Assembly (NCBI GenBank): GCA_016839785.1
Contig: JAEOTQ010000155.1
Span: forward strand, 1 to 60,841
DNA length: 60,841 nt
From: Candidatus Hodarchaeota archaeon
Lineage (GTDB): Archaea; Asgardarchaeota; Heimdallarchaeia; Hodarchaeales; Hodarchaeaceae
Direction: 5' to 3'
Position numbers and translations under genes: made by a program. This document shows positions 1 through 9,032 of the stretch, piece after piece (position 1 is the stretch's first letter; each line of letters begins with the position of its first letter). The notes beneath the pieces were generated by a model that saw only the letters and a program-made list of their open reading frames with translations, searched no databases and was not told the DNA's origin.

Positions 1-1263
1 CGAGATTGCAACAACAGCCCAAACACTGCTTTCGTATCCCAATGCTATTCCACTTAGAATTGTAGTCGCTGGGCCCCCTTCAGTTGATTCAAATACTTCT
101 ACAACGGGTCCTCCAGCTTTTGCAGTAAAACGAGCCGTAATTGGGTTGAAAGATACGGCAAGTAAAACGCCTACCGCAATTAGAAACCCGAGTCTCCAAT
201 CACCAGCATAAAATGTAGCCAAGAATAGGGACGTAATAATTGTAATAGCACTAGAAATTTCATAGGATTGGAACATTGCTTTTTCTGCATCAGGAGTTTT
301 CCATAAAGCAACGGCATAGGTACCTACAATCGAACTGATTACACCCACAGCTCTAACTATTAATGGAAACATAATCCAAACGATTCTTCCATCGATTTGA
401 AAAAGCACCAGTCCTAATATTAAGGATGAAACAATGGTTACTTCGTACGACTCAAAAATATCTGCAGCCATACCAGCGCAGTCGCCTACATTATCTCCTA
501 CTAGATCAGCAATGACCCCTGCATTTCGAGGATCGTCTTCTGGAATATCTTTTTCGACTTTACCGACAAGATCTGCTCCAACATCAGCAGCTTTTGTGTA
601 AATACCACCTCCAACTCTCATGAATAGAGCTAGAATGGTTCCACCAAAACCAAAACCAAGTAAAGCATCAGGTGCAGCCCTTCCAAACATAATAAATATG
701 ATAGTACCACCCAATAATCCAAAACCATCGGTCAACATTCCTGTAACAGTACCTGCGTGATACGCAACCGAAAGAGCTTTACTATATCTCTGTTCAACAT
801 CCAATGTATTACCATGTTCGTCAGTAGTCTGTGATGCCGTAGCTGCTACTCTCAGATTTCCTTGAACAGCAATACGCATACCAAATTGCCCTACCATCAT
901 TGAAAAAGACGCTCCCATTATGAAAGCTATAGTACGTCCTATAGCCACCATTAGTACTGGATCGAGCCCTGGAAATTCGTCTACTGCCGCTTCAGTGGGT
1001 TCAATTAAGTACACACTGAAAAATAACGCTACCGTGAGAATTAGAACAATTGGTAGAATCGTCATGAGTTGACGTTTTAGATATGCATTTGCTCCTTCAT
1101 TGATAGCTTCCCATACTTGTTGCATTTCTTCGGACCCTTTATCATGGCTGAGAACATCTTTGCGTAACCACCATGAGTAGATGAACGAAATAATGGCAAC
1201 AACGATTACAACACCAAGGGTAGCCTGTTCAATGGGGTTTAATTCTAAAAATGTTGTGAACAT
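1..1263 (-). CDS. hppA: Membrane-bound H+/Na+-translocating pyrophosphatase (partial, runs off the window start; absent from the ORF track)
   Basis: Manual minus-strand translation from ATG at 1263 (GGTGA RBS upstream) gives MFTTFLELNPIEQATLGVVIVVAIISF... and the signature GGGIYTKAADVGADLVGKVEKDIPEDDPRNAGVIADLVGDNVGDCAGMAADIFESY. Confidence 0.96.
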   Translation of the reverse strand, partial: MFTTFLELNPIEQATLGVVIVVAIISFIYSWWLRKDVLSHDKGSEEMQQVWEAINEGANAYLKRQLMTILPIVLILTVALFFSVYLIEPTEAAVDEFPGLDPVLMVAIGRTIAFIMGASFSMMVGQFGMRIAVQGNLRVAATASQTTDEHGNTLDVEQRYSKALSVAYHAGTVTGMLTDGFGLLGGTIIFIMFGRAAPDALLGFGFGGTILALFMRVGGGIYTKAADVGADLVGKVEKDIPEDDPRNAGVIADLVGDNVGDCAGMAADIFESYEVTIVSSLILGLVLFQIDGRIVWIMFPLIVRAVGVISSIVGTYAVALWKTPDAEKAMFQSYEISSAITIITSLFLATFYAGDWRLGFLIAVGVLLAVSFNPITARFTAKAGGPVVEVFESTEGGPATTILSGIALGYESSVWAVVAIS

Positions 1264-1670
1264 TGTTTTCACCTTTCATTTCAATTAAAAAGAATTTATA
1301 TAATACAAATTTCTTAGACCTGTATTGAGAATTAGGTCTCATCTAAGTGATTTGCATTTTTTATCTGAGGTTAATAATATCTTTTCCATTCCTAGAAATA
1401 AATTGCATAATTTATGAGACAATTTCTGGATGCAGATGATTATTCAACAGCTTTAAATAAAGTAAAATTAACAGAGGGACACACATAGATCATGAAGTTG
1501 ACTAGAAGTATAATTATTGATTAATTCAAATTCTAAGTAAATTTAAGCCAATAAACACTCAAAACATAACTTCTTCTCCTTTACAGTAGTTTCATAAGCC
1601 CACTGTTATTTCCTCCCAATCAATAAGATTTTACATGACTACTGAATTTATATAGGAATTGTGTAAAAAA

Positions 1671-2120
1671 ATGACTGAAAGAACATTATTGATAATTAAA
1701 CCAGACGCAATACAGAGAGGGCTCATTGGAAGCATTATTTCCCGTATTGAAAGAAAAGGATTAAAGATAATTGCTCTTAAAATGATGATGCTGACAGATG
1801 ATTATGTAGATAAACTATATGACATCCATATTGATAAAGTATTCTATCCTCTTTTGAACTCCTTTATTATTTCGGGACCGTTAGTTGCTATTGCAATTCA
1901 AGGGAAAAACTGTGTTAAAATCGTGAGAAAATTAGCTGGTGCAACTAATTCACCTGATGCTGAACCTGGAACCATCCGCGGTGATTATGGAATAGATTTG
2001 ACGAAGAATATTGTTCATTCTTCAGATAAACCAGAAAGGGCTCTCTATGAGTTAAGTGTGCTATTTAAAGAAGAAGACTACGTATCATTTGATCTAATTA
2101 ATCAACCATGGGTTGAGTAA
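1671..2120 (+). CDS. ndk: Nucleoside diphosphate kinase
   Basis: ERTLLIIKPDA, GTIRGDYG and NIVHSSD (catalytic His). ATG at 1671 preferred over TTG at 1659. Confidence 0.96.
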   Translation: MTERTLLIIKPDAIQRGLIGSIISRIERKGLKIIALKMMMLTDDYVDKLYDIHIDKVFYPLLNSFIISGPLVAIAIQGKNCVKIVRKLAGATNSPDAEPGTIRGDYGIDLTKNIVHSSDKPERALYELSVLFKEEDYVSFDLINQPWVE

Positions 2121-2143
2121 ACTCAACATATGAGAGGGTACTC

Positions 2144-2800
2144 ATGAAACGACGATCTCCTTATAGACGAGTTAAGATTCGAACCATCAATAGTGCTGAA
2201 GTAACGAAGGATAATGAAGACCGTTGGCGGTTAATCTCTACTACTGGACCAACATTGTTCCGAGTATGGATTGTTGGTGTTGTAACGGAGAAATATACAG
2301 GAGCAAATAATTATATTGGAATGAAAATTGAAGACGGAACTGGAGCTATTCTGATCAAAGCTTGGGATGGACAGATGGAATCTTTTTCCCAGTGGGATAA
2401 GATTGAAATACTTGGTCAAATACAAATTTCTGAACAAGATGAAAAAGTAGATGTATTTATTACTCCTGACATCATAGAAAATATCGAGGATGACAATTGG
2501 TTTATTTATCACAAGTTAAAAATTGTTCAACAGAGTCAACATAGTGATAGAGAGATTACAGTAAAATCTGCGGTTGTTGAAGGAATTGATCTAGGAGTAG
2601 CATCATTAGAAGATTTGAAAACAAAACTTAAGAAGTTGGTCAAACAATTAGATCAAGGAAATGGTGTTACAATGGACGATATTATTGAAAAACTGCCTAA
2701 AATTGACGAAGCACAGATTTATGATGCAATTACAGAATTATTAGAATCTGGTGAATTTTTTGAACCCCAAGTCGGCATTTACTCAATTGCTTTTGAGTAA
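2144..2800 (+). CDS. RPA32/Rpa2-like ssDNA-binding subunit (OB fold plus C-terminal winged helix)
   Basis: RVWIVGVV...IEDGTGAILIKAW OB-fold pattern; C-terminal IYDAITELLESGEFFEP winged-helix motif typical of RPA32. Confidence 0.75.
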   Translation: MKRRSPYRRVKIRTINSAEVTKDNEDRWRLISTTGPTLFRVWIVGVVTEKYTGANNYIGMKIEDGTGAILIKAWDGQMESFSQWDKIEILGQIQISEQDEKVDVFITPDIIENIEDDNWFIYHKLKIVQQSQHSDREITVKSAVVEGIDLGVASLEDLKTKLKKLVKQLDQGNGVTMDDIIEKLPKIDEAQIYDAITELLESGEFFEPQVGIYSIAFE

Positions 2801-2809
2801 TTATTCTTT

Positions 2810-3358
2810 TCAAGGTCTATTCCATTGAAAAACGTAATATCTGATTTGCTGATCTGACAAAACTGTGGCAATTACATAGCGTTTACGAACTGATGTAGCT
2901 AATCTTCCAGCTCGGACTAAATCAATAGGTTCGATCGTTGATTCTTTCGGGAAGATAGAGACGAGAAATGGTGCATGATCAATACCTGGTCCTCTACGGT
3001 ATACAGAAAAATCGGTTCCAAATTTAAGCCCAGGGCGTACAATATATCGCTTATCTCGCAAATTTTTGTAAACCGTGTACAAATCCTCAAATTTAGCAAA
3101 CCGTTCTTTACAGATAGTAAGGAGCTGGTCGTACGAAACCTCTCGATCATCCTCTGAGATCCTTATTGTCTTATTCTCTAATAAAAACGCTGCTTCTAGC
3201 AAAGTTAATTCAAGAGGCCTTTCGAATCTAGGAGATTTCGGTTTTCTGATCCCAACTGGCTTTCCAAAATAACCTAATTGATAGATTTTACTACCTAGCT
3301 CATGATTCCAAATAATTACGTGTTTATCTACTAGCTGAGCTGGAATAGGAGTTTCCAT
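2810..3358 (-). CDS. endA: tRNA-splicing endonuclease, catalytic subunit
   Basis: GLKFGTDFSVYRRGPGIDHA (catalytic Tyr/His), RLATSVRK (catalytic Lys), and an N-terminal YFGKPVGIRKPKSPRFERPLEL loop. Confidence 0.95.
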   Translation of the reverse strand: METPIPAQLVDKHVIIWNHELGSKIYQLGYFGKPVGIRKPKSPRFERPLELTLLEAAFLLENKTIRISEDDREVSYDQLLTICKERFAKFEDLYTVYKNLRDKRYIVRPGLKFGTDFSVYRRGPGIDHAPFLVSIFPKESTIEPIDLVRAGRLATSVRKRYVIATVLSDQQIRYYVFQWNRP

Positions 3359-3385
3359 TTTTCAATTTAAACATCCTTGGAAATA

Positions 3386-4003
3386 TTATTCGGGTTTCTT
3401 TCTATTAAATTTTGGTGCTACAATTCGTAATGAAAGGATTGCATTTAGAATAAACAGAATTAGTAAGAAAGTCACAGCAGAATTGAAATTTGCGAACGAT
3501 AGGTCTTCATCTACCTTATTTACGACAATATCTACTGTATTGCTAAAAGATAGGAATTCTGTATCTATAATTTCTGATATTCGATAGTAAACTTGCGCGG
3601 AATGGAGTTGGTACTTTCCTACGGTTAGTGCGGTGACTATATAACTAAATCTTCGTGTTTGATTAGGTTCAATCCAACTGTAAGATATTTTTGTCAAACC
3701 AGTTACATTAAATACCCAAGGAGCGTTTAAACTATCAATAAAGGTAACATTAAAAGCTGTACTATTACCTATATTCGTAATCGTTATCGTTACAACAAAT
3801 GAATCATTTAATGTAATTTCGGATGTATCAACACTTTTTGTGACAAAGATGCTTGGATATAATTCAGAAATATTTGTTGTTCTAGATGAAGAAGCCTTTA
3901 CCTGTACTGACATATAATTGAAGCAGAGTAAGGTAAAAACAAAGCTTACAATTATCATTCTACCAAGTTGAGACCTTTTAGGTACAGCCCACATTAATAT
4001 CAC
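3386..4003 (-). CDS. Type I membrane protein with Ig-like domain, TRAP-beta (SSR2)/DUF11-like
   Basis: N-terminal signal peptide, beta-sandwich VTKS...VTITITNIGNSTAFNVTFID...IEPNQTRRFSYIV...GKYQLHSAQVYY, single C-terminal TM helix and basic tail. Confidence 0.65.
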   Translation of the reverse strand: MILMWAVPKRSQLGRMIIVSFVFTLLCFNYMSVQVKASSSRTTNISELYPSIFVTKSVDTSEITLNDSFVVTITITNIGNSTAFNVTFIDSLNAPWVFNVTGLTKISYSWIEPNQTRRFSYIVTALTVGKYQLHSAQVYYRISEIIDTEFLSFSNTVDIVVNKVDEDLSFANFNSAVTFLLILFILNAILSLRIVAPKFNRKKPE

Positions 4004-4364
4004 TCAAAATAGGTATAATTATCCCCATTTTGTTTATCTTGTTAAACCTTAGGGTTATTACCTCCTAAGAAAAAGGAATCAAATAGCTCAAGTTCAGAGT
4101 CTCAGTTCCAAAGGATTCTTACTTAGGTTATCTTGATATCCCCTCTTGATATCCATAACTGATCCTTAAATATCGCTTATTACCTTCTTCTATACCGTTA
4201 TTTTTCCTTACAAACCCTTAATCTCTCTTGTTCTAACATATTTCTCTCTTCTTCCCTTTTGTACTATTTGATTCCCTTAATTGATCATATTTACTATCAT
4301 TCAATATTTTCATCGTAACTGTTACCCAAAAGATTCATGTTTTAGTTCCTTGACCTCCCCTTTT

Positions 4365-5315
4365 ATGTCAAATTCATTATTTAACAAGCATTTTTTGTTT
4401 TTTGGAGGAAAAGGTGGAGTTGGAAAAACTACGATGGCCGCTGCAACAGCTATCCGAGCTGCCGATTTGGGTCACAACACATTATTGGTTTCAACAGATC
4501 CTGCTCATTCTGTATCTGACAGTTTAGATCAACACATAGGTGGAGACGATTATGTCAAGGTAAATAATGTCGAGAATTTATGGGCAATTGAACTGAGTAC
4601 TGATCAAGCAATGAGTACATATTCAGAGATGATTAGTCAACAAGATCCCACTGGGGCTTTCAGTGAGTTATTAGGGGATGGTGATGCAAATTCTCTCTCA
4701 CCTCCTGGTACTGATGAAACAGTTGCCTTTATCCAATTATTAGAATTCATTCAAAATCCAGAGTACGATATTGTTGTTTTCGACACAGCACCCACTGGAC
4801 ACACATTGAAACTCCTCCAATTACCTGAATTAACTCAAAGTTGGTTATTTCGTTTGATTAAAATGCGTCGTCGTCTTGGAGGGCTGATGAGTGGATTCAA
4901 ATCGATTATTGGTGGGGGATCAGATCTTGATGAACAAGATACATTCGATAAACTCGAAGAGTTGCGGGATCAGGTCGAGGTAGCAAGAACTCATCTAAGT
5001 AATAATGAAGAAACTGAGTTTGTTGCTGTTACAATTCCTACCGTTATGGCAATCTGGGAAACTGAAAGGTTAATTCGTGCATTATTCGAGGTTGCCTTTC
5101 CTATTACACGAATATATATCAATCAACTTCAACCTGAAAATCTTGATTGTACTTATTGCAGGAATAGATACAATGATCAGCTAAAGAATTTAGAGAAAAT
5201 TAAGGATTTGTATGATGAATTTAATTTACACGAGATTCCATCATTTGAATATGAAATAAGAGGAATAGATCGCCTTAGAGAGTTGGCGACTTTATTATAT
5301 GGTGTACAGACATAA
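4365..5315 (+). CDS. Get3/TRC40 (ArsA-family) ATPase
   Basis: GGKGGVGKTT, STDPAHS and DTAPTGHTL motifs; single ATPase domain; CxxC (CTYC) near the C-terminus. ATG at 4365 preferred over TTG at 4281. Confidence 0.9.
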   Translation: MSNSLFNKHFLFFGGKGGVGKTTMAAATAIRAADLGHNTLLVSTDPAHSVSDSLDQHIGGDDYVKVNNVENLWAIELSTDQAMSTYSEMISQQDPTGAFSELLGDGDANSLSPPGTDETVAFIQLLEFIQNPEYDIVVFDTAPTGHTLKLLQLPELTQSWLFRLIKMRRRLGGLMSGFKSIIGGGSDLDEQDTFDKLEELRDQVEVARTHLSNNEETEFVAVTIPTVMAIWETERLIRALFEVAFPITRIYINQLQPENLDCTYCRNRYNDQLKNLEKIKDLYDEFNLHEIPSFEYEIRGIDRLRELATLLYGVQT

Positions 5316-5330
5316 ATTCATAAAATCTGT

Positions 5331-5930
5331 CTACTTTTCTTCATCCCATCCTTTACGTATTCGTGAAAAAGCTTCCTTCAGCTCCATGTTCATTTGAGCT
5401 TTCAGACTCATTGGGGATGGGCGAGGCGGGGGTGCTTGTGGGCCTCCCATTTGTCCACCTACGGGAGGTGGGGACAATCCTGGTGACGGAGGAGCGGCTG
5501 ATTGTCCGGGTAATGGTGGGAGACTAGATGGTGATGGTATGGGTGCAGAGGGTTGTGAAAGAGTATTTGCGGCCATTGGAGGAGGGGATGCAGATGGTTG
5601 GGCCTGAACTGGTGCGGGTGGTGTTGGAAATGCTGGTGGGGTGGGTAAACTCGGTGGAGGAGTAGTTGGAGGTGATGGAGCAATTGATGGAACAGTCGGT
5701 TGAGAAACTGGAGGTTTTGGGCTTAGTGTTGGGGCTGAAAGTGGAGGTGGAGCTGAAGGTTGCTGCGAGACCTGACTAATTCTTGTACTGAGTTCAGCAT
5801 ATTTCCTTTCTAGTTCATCGACAATCTCTGCTAATTGTGAAACAAACACAAAGAATTTCTTGGTTACAGCGATCAGTGTATCAACATTCTGGGATTGATT
5901 GTCCCCAAAGAATTCATCTAAATTGGTCAA
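5331..5930 (-). CDS. Proline-rich protein: N-terminal coiled coil, polyproline linker, C-terminal helix with W-acidic tail
   Basis: Open frame with a heptad segment (LAEIVDELERKYAELSTRI), about 115 aa rich in Pro/Ser/Ala, ending LKAQMNMELKEAFSRIRKGWDEEK. Confidence 0.8.
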   Translation of the reverse strand: MTNLDEFFGDNQSQNVDTLIAVTKKFFVFVSQLAEIVDELERKYAELSTRISQVSQQPSAPPPLSAPTLSPKPPVSQPTVPSIAPSPPTTPPPSLPTPPAFPTPPAPVQAQPSASPPPMAANTLSQPSAPIPSPSSLPPLPGQSAAPPSPGLSPPPVGGQMGGPQAPPPRPSPMSLKAQMNMELKEAFSRIRKGWDEEK

Positions 5931-5985
5931 AGTGTAAACCTACGTTGAAGTTAAAAGATAATATATCATTTATTCAATCTATGAA

Positions 5986-6855
5986 TCACTTATAAGAAGT
6001 TTCTTTTTCAATTAGGGATTTCAAGTAATCTATTATTAAACAAGTATCTTTAGTTTTTCCCACATCGTGTGTTCGAATAATATGAGCTCCGTTCGAAATA
6101 GCAATAGAAGTAGCGGCCAAGGATCCCCACAATCGTTCTTCAGGAGGTTTCTTTATCACAGCTCCAATAAACGATTTTCGTGAAATACCAACTAATATAG
6201 GTTGTTTTAACACTCTCAGATTTTCTAACCGTGCAAGTATCAAATAATCAGCTTTCGTTTTTCTTTCTGGTACCCAACTCCCCAATCCAGGATCGATAAT
6301 AATTTTTTTTCTCGAAATACCAGCATTGAGTGCTATCTCAATACTTTTTTCTAACTCATTAACTATATCAGAGATTTTAAATACATCTCCAGGTTGGGAT
6401 TGACATGCCATTACGGTAATCGACGCATCATATTCAGCTACTATTTTAGCCATCATAGAATCTGATTTCAAACCTGAAATATCATTAATCATGGAAGCGC
6501 CAGATTTTAACGAGAACTTTGCCGTTTTATGGGATTTAGTATCAACAGAAATCGGAATATGTTCATCAATTTCCTTTATTGTATCAAAAAATACCTTTAA
6601 ACGATCAATTTCCATTGATCCAGATTCTTTCTCGACTGAATTATAGATAAATGAGGGGGCACTCGATATTGCTCCCACATCAATGATGTCAGCCCCTTCC
6701 GAAATAAACTCAAGAATTCGATCTTGAATGGCGTTTGAAGTTTTTAGAACACTTCCCTTGTAAAAAGAAGCCGGTGAGAGATTCATGACTCCCATGATTA
6801 AAGTTCTATACCCATCTCCGCAAGATACTCCTCCAATTTCACCCACTATTCGCAT
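5986..6855 (-). CDS. folP: Dihydropteroate synthase
   Basis: IMGVMNLSPASFY, GADIIDVGA, ISVDT, INDISG, IIDPGLG, GISRKSF and IIRTHDV. Confidence 0.93.
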   Translation of the reverse strand: MRIVGEIGGVSCGDGYRTLIMGVMNLSPASFYKGSVLKTSNAIQDRILEFISEGADIIDVGAISSAPSFIYNSVEKESGSMEIDRLKVFFDTIKEIDEHIPISVDTKSHKTAKFSLKSGASMINDISGLKSDSMMAKIVAEYDASITVMACQSQPGDVFKISDIVNELEKSIEIALNAGISRKKIIIDPGLGSWVPERKTKADYLILARLENLRVLKQPILVGISRKSFIGAVIKKPPEERLWGSLAATSIAISNGAHIIRTHDVGKTKDTCLIIDYLKSLIEKETSYK

Positions 6856-6874
6856 TTTATTTCACCTTCAACAC

Positions 6875-7663
6875 TCATTTCTTCCAAAGCGGCCCTATAT
6901 AAATGCAATGAACAGGATCCATTTTCATCTGTTCATTATTTTCGGAATTATCTTCCAAAGTTTGAAGGGGTAGATTTTCGATTCCTCTAGCAATAACAAT
7001 TGGAATTTGTTCGTCCGATTCACCCATTAATATTTCAGCTCCACAAGCAAGGTTATCAGCTAAAGCTCTAGTTGTTATTTTCATTTCTCGGTTGAAAAGA
7101 TCTTTCTTCCCGCGGTCATCGATGATAGGGCAAAATCCTGAGACTCCAAGTGCAAAGCCTGATGTGCCTCTACGTAGCGGATGAGTTTTGGAGTCAGCAA
7201 TTATTACTCCAATTGAAACAGATAAATTTTTCTCAAGCTGGAAACGAATTTTACAAGCAGTCTCAACAGGATTTTGAGGTAAAACAATGTAATAATCACT
7301 ACCACCCGAATTACTTTGATCTACACCTGCATTTGCTTGAAGAATTCCGTTTTTTAACGCAAGTACTGCACCTGGCACTGCTCCAACAATCTCATCCGCT
7401 TCACGAAAAATTAATTCTACAAATCGTGGGTCGAGCCGAGATTTCTTTGCTAGTTCTGAAACATCTTGTCGAATATCCTTAATATCTGATATTTTGTATT
7501 GACAACCCTCTGTAGTCGAAATGATTTTACTTGCAAGTATTAATATATCATTATTTCGAAGAATACATTCATTTTCCTTTAATGCGTTTAAAACGAACTT
7601 GACGATATCCTTATCATTTGCAGTAATAATTTTCGTTTTTATTCCAATAAATTCAATTTTCAT
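6875..7663 (-). CDS. cofE: CofE-family gamma-glutamyl ligase (F420-0:glutamate ligase-like; possibly folate glutamylation)
   Basis: SKIISTTEG, ANAGVDQSN, GVIIADS..HPLRRG, DLFNREMKIT and MGESDEQIPIVIARG. Confidence 0.88.
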   Translation of the reverse strand: MKIEFIGIKTKIITANDKDIVKFVLNALKENECILRNNDILILASKIISTTEGCQYKISDIKDIRQDVSELAKKSRLDPRFVELIFREADEIVGAVPGAVLALKNGILQANAGVDQSNSGGSDYYIVLPQNPVETACKIRFQLEKNLSVSIGVIIADSKTHPLRRGTSGFALGVSGFCPIIDDRGKKDLFNREMKITTRALADNLACGAEILMGESDEQIPIVIARGIENLPLQTLEDNSENNEQMKMDPVHCIYIGPLWKK

Positions 7664-7992
7664 ACTCTTTCGTCTCCTACAATTAGTAATGATGCATTTT
7701 TCCTTATTTTAGTGATTCAGAAGGTCTACTACAATCCACAAACAAGTAACTGGTTATTTTTCATTGTAAATTACCAGATAATTAATCTACCTCTTATTAT
7801 GACAAATATCGTCAACATTCTGGTATTTAAAACAGACAATCTTTTAAGGTCACGATAGAGGTAGTTCTTAAATCATTGAAAATGAACAAGATTGAGTATC
7901 AAACAAAGAAAAAAGAGAAAAAGTACATATTTTCAGATCTTAACAGAAATATAAATAACTCGATCAGTGAAAAATTATATGGAGATTTTAAG

Positions 7993-8748
7993 ATGTCAAT
8001 GGAAGATCGTGCCAAATTTGGAATCCCCCTCCTAGATGACGCTTTAGGCGGAGGAGTACCTCGTGGATCCATAATATTAGTGGAAGATGAAGTAGGTATA
8101 AACACAGAACATATTCTTGTACAATTTTTGTCAGAAGGATTAAGAACAGGTGAATACGGATATATTCTATCCACGGAACATCTTTTCTCTCATTATTCCC
8201 CTCTATTTGTTCCTTATAATATTTCTGAGGTCACATTCGAGACGAAACGCCTTGTTTTCTTAGATGCTTTCTCAAATCCTTTTGGCTACTCTGAAGGAAG
8301 ACCGAGTACTGCAGGGGAGAATGTTATTCGTGATATTACCCAACCTCGACAAGTCACAGATCAGATTAGAAGAGCGTTATTGCATGTTCGTTCCCAGCCT
8401 GTTCGTGGTGTTCTTGACTCATTGACAACTATCTTACTTGTTTCAGAAACTCTTAAAGCACCTATGGCCTTTTTACAACACAAGATCGCTACTGATAAGG
8501 AAATGGGAATTGTAAGTATTCTCACCCTTCACAGAGATGTTCATTCTCCTCGAATAATCCAAGCCGTTGAACACTATTGTGATGGAGTTCTTAGATTAAC
8601 AAAACAGTCTTCTGAAGGTAAAGACTTTTCATCAACAGATATTCTCCAGATAATCAAAGTTCCAGGTATGTCACTATCAGAGTTAGAAAATACTAATTTC
8701 TCATTTCAACCAAGTCCCGGCCATATTGAACTGTCACCTATATTATGA
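7993..8748 (+). CDS. KaiC/RAD55-like RecA-fold protein with degenerate Walker A
   Basis: FGIPLLDDALGGGVPRGSIILV, RGVLDSLT (Walker B region), EHYCDGVLRL. The P-loop reads EDEVGINTE. ATG at 7993 follows a GGAG RBS. Confidence 0.8.
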   Translation: MSMEDRAKFGIPLLDDALGGGVPRGSIILVEDEVGINTEHILVQFLSEGLRTGEYGYILSTEHLFSHYSPLFVPYNISEVTFETKRLVFLDAFSNPFGYSEGRPSTAGENVIRDITQPRQVTDQIRRALLHVRSQPVRGVLDSLTTILLVSETLKAPMAFLQHKIATDKEMGIVSILTLHRDVHSPRIIQAVEHYCDGVLRLTKQSSEGKDFSSTDILQIIKVPGMSLSELENTNFSFQPSPGHIELSPIL

Positions 8749-8768
8749 AAATATACTAAGAGAGCGAT

Positions 8769-8993
8769 GTGAGAGAAATTCCAACAAATAAAAATTGTGA
8801 CGTTGAAGGGTGCTCAAAAGAGAGCAAGAAAACCGTTTCAAGGGAAAAAGCAGGAGCAGCAATCAAAGAAGCAGGCTTGAATTTATCAGTTAAAGACAAA
8901 GTAACAAAAGCCCATTTGTGCGTTGATCATTACAGGAAGATCAAGAAGAAATTGAAGAAAGATCGTGAAATTGAACGCCTTCGTTGGAGCTAG
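8769..8993 (+). CDS. Small basic Zn-binding protein
   Basis: CDVEGC...HLCVDHY motif and a Lys/Arg-rich C-terminal helix; GTG start directly after the upstream gene. Confidence 0.7.
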   Translation: MREIPTNKNCDVEGCSKESKKTVSREKAGAAIKEAGLNLSVKDKVTKAHLCVDHYRKIKKKLKKDREIERLRWS

Positions 8994-9032
8994 TAACTCC
9001 CTTTCTTGTTATTGGGTGTATTTCTCAAGTCT

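Noticed and set aside
4131-4280. Direct repeat TCTTGATATCC (two copies) and a pyrimidine-skewed tract between the TRAP-beta-like and Get3-like genes
   Set aside because: Only two short copies, no spacer array, and no ORF or RNA fold that I can support.
5459-5683. His/Pro-rich alternative-frame ORF and local GC-rich repeat-like DNA
   Set aside because: This is a by-product of CCN codons in the polyproline gene, not a tandem repeat or foreign DNA.
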